Assembly: GCA_964548415.1 (NCBI GenBank)
Contig: CAZJQG010000009.1
Span: 2,854-66,853 of the forward strand
Direction of reading: 5' to 3'
Origin: an uncultured Dehalococcoidales bacterium
GTDB lineage: Bacteria > Chloroflexota > Dehalococcoidia > GIF9 > UBA5629
Length of the DNA stretch: 64,000 nucleotides
Positions 57,808 through 64,000 of the stretch are shown here, piece by piece. Both the position numbers and the translations under genes were made by a program. A model generated the notes under the pieces. That model saw only the letters and a program-made list of their open reading frames with translations, did not search any database and was not told the DNA's origin. The first letter of the stretch is position 1, and the number at the start of each line of letters is the position of its first letter.

Positions 57808-60800
57808 CTACTTTGGTGCCCCGGTTTCCTGGCTGCAGAACCGGATGACCTCGGCAAAGTTACTAATGCGCACCAGGTTATTGGTCTCTGAGAAGCCGTC
57901 GTATGTCAGGCTTATCCACGGCTTTTGATATTCGGTGCTCAGCTTCTCGGCAAAAGCCGCCACAATGCCGCCGGGCATGCATCCATGCGGCATCACCGAT
58001 ATGATGCCGGCATATTCGGGATTTTCCAGCCAGTGCACTGCGCTGCCTATGCTGAGCACCGCCTCGCTGCCGCATTTGGGCGATAGGTACCGGCTGGTCA
58101 ACTTCAATAGCTCGGCGGTCGTAAGTTCCCTGCTGTCAATCGAGCCGTCGAAATTCGCCGCTACCGAATGTTCGTCGTGCTCCTGTATCCGCTTCCTGAT
58201 GTAGCTGTTTAGCATTTTCTTAAACTTCCGGTCCCTGACGGCATCTTCCAGGTTGCGATACGAGGTGTACTTTATCCATTCGCCCATAGGAGCCACCACC
58301 ACTTCCAGGCCGGCGGCTTCGCAGGCCCGGACCAGGTGGCTGTTGCTGAACTTGTTGGAACGCAGATAGATTTCCCCGTTGATGCCCACCAGCGGCCTCC
58401 GGGGTAAAGTCAGGTCGACGATAGCACGGAACTCCGCCGATGCCTGTTTTAATAAATCGTCATAAACTTCTTGCCGGCGAATGCAATCGGTTATAAGCCT
58501 TAGATATTTGTCGAACAGTTCATCCGCATCACCGACGTGCTTTTCATAAGGCCGGCTACGCCACAGCAGCTTCTCCAGACAATCGACGGCCACGATGCCC
58601 CGCCAGGCCAGCCGCTCGAAACCCGGCCCCAGGCCGAGGTCCCGATAGGCGTTATTGGAAACCGTGCTCCGGACAGGCAGGTCGAAGCCGATTTCCTTTA
58701 GCAAGCGGTTCTGCTCGATAGCGTACTTGCCCAGCCGACAGGGACCGTAGGAACCGGCCATGAAGCCTTCGATGTTTCGGGTATCGGCGCCGTTTTCGTA
58801 GTAATAACGCATGAAGTCGCCCAGGGTAACGCGGTAGGGCAGGCATTCGGCACCGGTGGTCAACTGGTTGCTATAGAGTATGTTGCGCTCGTCGGGTTCG
58901 GGCAATATCTTGACTCTGGCGCCATTGGCTTCCATGGCCGCAGCCACGGCTGCCACGTAGGGCGCCATCATGGGAATCAGAATGGTTTTTTCAGAGCTTA
59001 CGGTAGCCACCGTGCCGCGGTAGATTTCCTGCGGGTGGGCTGCCGGCTTTTTGCCTGAACGGTGGAAACCGGCGATGGTATCCACGAAAGCTTCCAGGCG
59101 GGTGACGATGCCGGCCTCTGCGGCATGCTCGTCTATTTCCAGCTGTCCCAGCGGTTTGCCGGCCATTATATCCTCAACTATCCTGGTTATGAACGAATTG
59201 GGCCCGCAGCCGAAATTGGTCAGTACCAGCCCGTAAAGCTGTGGATCTGACTCGGTGATGGCCGCCACAGCTATCTGCTTGCTTTCGTAAAGCCAGTACG
59301 GCCGGTCGGAATATTTTCCCGGATTAATCCGGTCCAGCGGCAGAAAATCGAGCGGTACGGGCACCACACCCAGTTGAGCTAACTTTTCAGCTATACCGAG
59401 GTTGGCACCTGAGTCCTGGGACAGATAAGACCGGGCAAACAAGACCACGCCCAGCTTATTTCCCCGTCGCAGTTGCTTCAGTAGTCTGGCGCCTGCCTTC
59501 TGCATGTCTCTGTCAAATTTCTGCTGAGCAGCTATTCCGGCCAGAGCCGCCTTCCTGCCGAGATGTCTGCTGAATCCCATCCTGGCGGCCACACCGGACA
59601 GACTTTCGACAACATCGGCGTCGCCCCGGCTGAAATCGAGCACCGGGATTAATAGTTTTTCTTTCAGGTTCAGCACTTCGCGAATAATAAACGGTGAGGC
59701 CTGGACCAGCGGGCAGGAATATTTCTGGTTCTCGTCTTGCTCTTTCAGACCCAGGCGAATAGCGCAGGGATAAAGCATATAGTCCACATCTTTAAGGCTA
59801 TCGGCGTGGCCGTGCAGCAACTTAATGGGGAAGCAGCTGTCGCTGTAGCTCAGTTCCACGGCGTTCTCTATGGTCTCCCTGGTGGTGCTGCCGGAGAGCA
59901 CGACCCTGGTGCCCAGTGCGTTCAGGAAACCTATTAACAGGGGTGCGTAGTCATAGGTAAACAGCGCCCTGGGAATGCCTACCTTTGGACCGGTGCCAGA
60001 ACCCTCTTTATATTCGCGGAAGAGCAATTTCTCCCGTTCATCGAAGGCGGTGCTTATCTTGCCGGCAGCCACGGTGCTGTCGTAGCGGTCGCAGCGGCTG
60101 CCGTAGAAGGTAGACTTCTCGCCCGCCACCTGCATGCGGGTTATGGTGCAGTTGTTATCGCAGTGCTTGCACACGAACGTGGACAGCTTTGGCTGGCTGT
60201 CGATGATTGCCTGGAAACCTTTGAACTTAGACTTGCCTCGGGACATGCTCTCCCTGGCCAGCAGCGCGGCACCGATGGCGCCGCTGATTTCCTTGTGTTC
60301 GGGCACGGTCAGCGCCCTGTCTTTAAGCTGCTCACGGAAGGCAGACACCACCGCCTGGTTGTAGAACACGGCCCCGGTGAGAATGACCTTCTTGCCCAGC
60401 CTCCTGTTGCCGACCACCTTGGACAGGTAGTTCCGGGCTATGGAATTGGCCAGGCTGGCCGTTATCACCGGCAGCGGCACGCCTTCCTGCTGCGCGGATG
60501 CCACCGCCTGGCCCATGAAAGCAGCGCATCTGGTGCCTAAATCTACGGTATGAGGCGACTGGAAAGCGAGGTCCGCGAATTCACCGTTAGTCACCGATAT
60601 GTTCAGCATTTCAGCCAGCTCGTCGATGAAGCTGCCCGTACCGGCAGCACAAGCCTTGTTCATCTGGTAATCGACGACCACGCCGTTTATCTTGATAACC
60701 AGCTTGGAGTCCTGGCCGCCGATTTCGATGATATCGGCATCGGTGTCGATTTCTGCTGCGGCCCTGGTCTGGGCCGTTATCTCGTTTTTTATGAGGTCGG

Positions 60801-61947
60801 CGCCGATGAAGCTGCCGATAAGGTATCTGCCGGAGCCGGTTACACCAACGCCGGCCACTTGAACTTTTTCCGATCCACAGCGGAGAAGGTGGCGAAACAC
60901 CTCCCTGACGGCGTCGATAGGCCGGCCGGCTGTCATCAGGTAATGTTTGGCCAGCACCTTTTCTCCCTTTTCGTCCATTATGACGGCCTTGGTGCTGGTG
61001 GAGCCGACGTCTACGCCGAGATAGCCTGTAACGGGCTTCGATACCTGAAACTTAGTCTCGATTTCATTACACGCTTCTTTCTTAAGCGGCGGCATCTGAT
61101 AGTAGCGCTGGCTGGTCTCCGATTCGAGTAGCCCTATTGAGTCCGGCTGCTTGCCTCTGGATAGCAGCGCCGCGCCGATAGCGCCGAGATCAGAATAGTG
61201 CTCCGGAACCAGGACCGTGGTGGCACAGCCGTTCCTGGCGGAGAGGGCGTCTTCCAGCGCTTTAACAATGGCCTTGTTGGCTGCCACGCCGCCAACGAAA
61301 TAAACAGGCGGCCGGAAGGGGCCTTTCTTTATGGATGTAACCATCCGGGCCACGCTCTCGCACAGTGCGTAAAGCATGGATTCCACGGAGACGCCTTTTT
61401 GCTGCAGGTGAATCAGGTCGGTCTTGGCGAACACGCTGCACCTGGCGGCGATACGCGGCACCGTGCCCTGGCATTTCATGGCCAGGTCCGATAGCTCGTC
61501 CATGCTTATGCCCAGGCGGTAGGCCTGCTGCTCCATGAACCGGCCCGTACCGGCGGCGCACAGCGGATTGGAGGCCAGCTTCCACGGTTTCCTCAGGCCG
61601 TCCTCAAGTTCTATTACCACCGAGCTCTGGCCGCCGATTTGCACGATGGTCATGGCGTCGGGGTGGTATTGAAGCAGGCCGGCTGCGGTGGCCAGCGGGC
61701 TGCCGTACTCGGCCCATTTAAATTCTGCGGGAATTACAGCCTTGCCGGAACCGGATATGCCGGCTGAAGCAATCTGGTTCAGGTCGAAGTCGTGAGACAG
61801 CCGCGAGATAAGTGAGTTAAAGGCGGCTCTGGGGCTGGAGGTCACTTTCTCCGTATCGAGCTTAAATATTTCGCCGGCGTCGTCGATGACAGACAGCCTG
61901 GCATTGACGGAGCCGATATCTACCCCCAGAAGATAAGCCCTGTTCAT
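57808..61947 (-). CDS. CoA-substrate-specific enzyme activase (two BadF/BcrA/D ATPase domains plus DUF2229 and dehydratase-like region, YxcA-like)
   Basis: GVDIGS, CAAGTG and RCSVFAK, repeated as GVDVGSTSTK, EIGGQDSK and CAAGTG. Also CFPIK, FGCGP, IDEH, PHGCMP. Confidence 0.9.
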   Translation of the reverse strand: MNRAYLLGVDIGSVNARLSVIDDAGEIFKLDTEKVTSSPRAAFNSLISRLSHDFDLNQIASAGISGSGKAVIPAEFKWAEYGSPLATAAGLLQYHPDAMTIVQIGGQSSVVIELEDGLRKPWKLASNPLCAAGTGRFMEQQAYRLGISMDELSDLAMKCQGTVPRIAARCSVFAKTDLIHLQQKGVSVESMLYALCESVARMVTSIKKGPFRPPVYFVGGVAANKAIVKALEDALSARNGCATTVLVPEHYSDLGAIGAALLSRGKQPDSIGLLESETSQRYYQMPPLKKEACNEIETKFQVSKPVTGYLGVDVGSTSTKAVIMDEKGEKVLAKHYLMTAGRPIDAVREVFRHLLRCGSEKVQVAGVGVTGSGRYLIGSFIGADLIKNEITAQTRAAAEIDTDADIIEIGGQDSKLVIKINGVVVDYQMNKACAAGTGSFIDELAEMLNISVTNGEFADLAFQSPHTVDLGTRCAAFMGQAVASAQQEGVPLPVITASLANSIARNYLSKVVGNRRLGKKVILTGAVFYNQAVVSAFREQLKDRALTVPEHKEISGAIGAALLARESMSRGKSKFKGFQAIIDSQPKLSTFVCKHCDNNCTITRMQVAGEKSTFYGSRCDRYDSTVAAGKISTAFDEREKLLFREYKEGSGTGPKVGIPRALFTYDYAPLLIGFLNALGTRVVLSGSTTRETIENAVELSYSDSCFPIKLLHGHADSLKDVDYMLYPCAIRLGLKEQDENQKYSCPLVQASPFIIREVLNLKEKLLIPVLDFSRGDADVVESLSGVAARMGFSRHLGRKAALAGIAAQQKFDRDMQKAGARLLKQLRRGNKLGVVLFARSYLSQDSGANLGIAEKLAQLGVVPVPLDFLPLDRINPGKYSDRPYWLYESKQIAVAAITESDPQLYGLVLTNFGCGPNSFITRIVEDIMAGKPLGQLEIDEHAAEAGIVTRLEAFVDTIAGFHRSGKKPAAHPQEIYRGTVATVSSEKTILIPMMAPYVAAVAAAMEANGARVKILPEPDERNILYSNQLTTGAECLPYRVTLGDFMRYYYENGADTRNIEGFMAGSYGPCRLGKYAIEQNRLLKEIGFDLPVRSTVSNNAYRDLGLGPGFERLAWRGIVAVDCLEKLLWRSRPYEKHVGDADELFDKYLRLITDCIRRQEVYDDLLKQASAEFRAIVDLTLPRRPLVGINGEIYLRSNKFSNSHLVRACEAAGLEVVVAPMGEWIKYTSYRNLEDAVRDRKFKKMLNSYIRKRIQEHDEHSVAANFDGSIDSRELTTAELLKLTSRYLSPKCGSEAVLSIGSAVHWLENPEYAGIISVMPHGCMPGGIVAAFAEKLSTEYQKPWISLTYDGFSETNNLVRISNFAEVIRFCSQETGAPK

Positions 61948-61985
61948 AATCTAACTATAACGGAAACAGATTGCGGATTAAAGGT

Positions 61986-62768
61986 TCAGTGTCTGGATAC
62001 GAATTCAAGAAGCGTCTTATTAAACTCATCGGTGCGGTCACGGGGCGAGTGATGCCGTGAGTTATTTATGACGGCCACCCGAGCCCGCGGTATTCTGGAT
62101 GCATAGTTCTCCTTTACCGACACCGGCACGAAGTCTTCATCGCTGGCAAGCATCAGGGTAGGACATTTGATGGTATGCAGTCGGTCGACCACGCTCCATT
62201 TCAGCAGTGCGCCGAAAGCATTGGCATAGGCCAGCTTATTTTTCACGGCCATGCGCTGCAGCAGAGTCTGGTAGGTGTGCTCCAGTTCGGCTTCCGGTTT
62301 CGGCTCTGACCCGTTGTTCTGAAACCTGCGCTTCATGCCGTTGAACGGCAGCCACAGCATCTGTCTAAAACACTCCACGCCGTTGTTGAAGGAGCGTATG
62401 GAGCCTTCGGGACAGCTGTTCACGGCTGTAAGGCTTCTAACCAGGTCTGGTGCCTCTACGGCCAGTTGGAAGGCGATCATGCCTCCCATGGAGAAGCCGA
62501 CGATATGCGCCGAGTCTATGCCGAGGGCTCCGAGTAGCTCTACCGCATCCGCAGCGAAAAGTTCGATGCTGTACGGCTCCATGCGCTTGTCGGAGCGGCC
62601 GTGGCCGCGGATATCAAAGGTGATTACGCGGTAGCGTTCCGAAAAAAACGGCACCTGTTTTTTCCAGCTGCGGCTGCTGGAAGCCAGGCCGTGGATGAAA
62701 AGTAGAGGTTCGCCCTGGCCGGCCACCTCGTAGTAAATGCCCGTATTATTTACCAGAAGCTTTGGCAT
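61986..62768 (-). CDS. Alpha/beta hydrolase (enol-lactonase-like)
   Basis: FIHGL, DIRGHGRS, GFSMGG nucleophile elbow, C-terminal His. Confidence 0.9.
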   Translation of the reverse strand: MPKLLVNNTGIYYEVAGQGEPLLFIHGLASSSRSWKKQVPFFSERYRVITFDIRGHGRSDKRMEPYSIELFAADAVELLGALGIDSAHIVGFSMGGMIAFQLAVEAPDLVRSLTAVNSCPEGSIRSFNNGVECFRQMLWLPFNGMKRRFQNNGSEPKPEAELEHTYQTLLQRMAVKNKLAYANAFGALLKWSVVDRLHTIKCPTLMLASDEDFVPVSVKENYASRIPRARVAVINNSRHHSPRDRTDEFNKTLLEFVSRH

Positions 62769-62849
62769 AGAAATATTCAGTCATTATTGTGCTACAAAAA
62801 CGCCGGTGGATTCAAGTATACCTCGTTAGCCTACTGTCATACAGAACGA

Positions 62850-63288
62850 ATGTAGGGACAGGTTCTTTAGACCTGTCCGCCTAGAACCACTTGGGTAGCC
62901 TGGAGCATCCGCTCCAGGCACAATACCGTAGACGCTGGAAATTAAGACGAGATTGCCACAGCCTTCTTCGAATGGATTCGCAATGACAAAAAGCCCGCTC
63001 ATCCTGAGCTTGTCGAAGGATGAATCCTCTCCCTTTGGAAAAGGGAGATTGAGAGGGATTTTTATATTATCGCTGGCCAAGTGTGCCGATCTCAGCCGAA
63101 AAATCAACGTTGGTAACAGAGACTAGATTACCACGCTCCGATAGAATCCGGACTCGCAATAACACAAAAAACATGTCATCCTGAGGAGTCCTTCCAGGAA
63201 GGACGACGAAGGATCTCGGTGGTGTGTGGAGTGGGCTTGTAATATTTGAATTTGTTTGAGATTTAGTGTTTAGAATTTAGGATTTAAC
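62850..63288. repeat. Cluster of several REP-like and heptamer repeat families
   Basis: GTAG hairpins at 62852-62878 and 62893-62923. GAGATTGCC..GCAATGAC at 62948-62988 and a similar unit at 63125-63165. CCCTTT..AAAGGGAGA at 63025-63062. GTCATCCTGAG..GGATCTC at 63174-63217. Heptamer copy 7 (minus strand) at 63241-63288. Confidence 0.75.
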
Positions 63289-63338
63289 GTAATGGTATGT
63301 TAGTATAAACTATTACCTTCGTACGAAAGAGGTGCCCC

Positions 63339-64000
63339 ATGAATAGAAAGCTAAGATACGCGCTGTTTGCTATAGGAGCCGTACTTATATTGGCCGTTAC
63401 TTTTAACCTGGGCTACGCCATCGGCGGCGGTATGATACACGACCGCAGCGCCGGCTTGCCTGTGGTGGACGAAGCCTGGGACGCCATTGTCACAAACTAT
63501 GTGGAGCCGGCCAAGATAAATACCGACAACATGAGCGAAAGCGCCATCAGGGGCATGATGGCCGCCTTGAACGACCCGTATTCCGCCTATCTCGACCCCC
63601 AGATGTACAACCTTTTCGAGAGCGATCTTGAAGGTACGTTTCAGGGCATTGGCGCCCAGATAAACCTGAACAAGAGCGGACAGCCTGAAATAGTCGCCCC
63701 CCTGGAGAATTCACCGGCCCAGAAGGCGGGCATAAAGACCGGAGACGTTGTGCTGGCGGTTAACGGGCAATCGACCGCAGGCAAGAGCCTGACGGAGGTC
63801 GTCCTGGAGATACGCGGTCCTGCGGGGACCACGGTAAAGCTGACCATACTGCACCAGGGCGCAACAACTCCTGTCGATATAGAAGTGGTCAGGGCACAGA
63901 TTTCATCATTTACGGTTAGCTCGGAGATGAAAGGGGACATCGGTTATATAAAAATCAACCAGTTCGATACCAAGACCAACGATGAGTTCAACACCGCGTT
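63339..64000 (+). CDS. ctpA: S41 carboxyl-terminal processing protease (3' end lies outside the window)
   Basis: GAGGTG RBS, signal/TM helix, AIRGMM..LNDPYSAYL, PDZ domain (FQGIGA, SPAQKAGIK.GD), IGYIKINQF. Confidence 0.92.
   Translation, partial: MNRKLRYALFAIGAVLILAVTFNLGYAIGGGMIHDRSAGLPVVDEAWDAIVTNYVEPAKINTDNMSESAIRGMMAALNDPYSAYLDPQMYNLFESDLEGTFQGIGAQINLNKSGQPEIVAPLENSPAQKAGIKTGDVVLAVNGQSTAGKSLTEVVLEIRGPAGTTVKLTILHQGATTPVDIEVVRAQISSFTVSSEMKGDIGYIKINQFDTKTNDEFNTA

Noticed and set aside
62826-63107. 93-aa minus-strand ORF
   Set aside because: It is composed entirely of REP-like repeats, so it is a chance open frame.

Overview
A gene-dense bacterial chromosomal segment. Gene content and protein style best fit an anaerobic Chloroflexota (Dehalococcoidia-like) organism; this is an inference, not a database result. 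From left to right it holds the end of the rplA-rplJ-rplL operon with an L10 leader, an OmpR-family two-component module with a small Cys-rich exported target gene, a low-GC rearrangement scar beside comM, and housekeeping and repair genes (pncC-NUDIX fusion, uvrC, xerD-like, pcm, mobB, nifU-like, mrp). The centre carries two divergent cytoplasmic [NiFe]-hydrogenase operons. One is a HoxEFUYH/HydABCSL-type enzyme whose NuoF subunit is fused to a complete GltD/NfnB-like flavin module. The other is an MvhDGA (group 3c) enzyme whose only partner is a GltD-like flavoprotein with an HdrA-type C-terminal ferredoxin, with no HdrABC in the window. Next come hypB/hypA, an acyl-CoA catabolic cluster (CoA-transferase, Cys-less thiolase, DUF35-SCP2, HMGCS-like-DUF35, thiolase), dcd-ribD-ribE-ribBA-ribH, beta-oxidation genes, mscL, a large CoA-dehydratase activase and a partial ctpA. 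Intergenic spaces hold at least four dispersed non-coding repeat families. No tRNA, rRNA, CRISPR array or transposase was recognised. The best candidate for an undescribed system is the divergent hydrogenase pair, each wired to a GltD/NfnB-type flavoprotein with a different predicted NAD(P) fingerprint.
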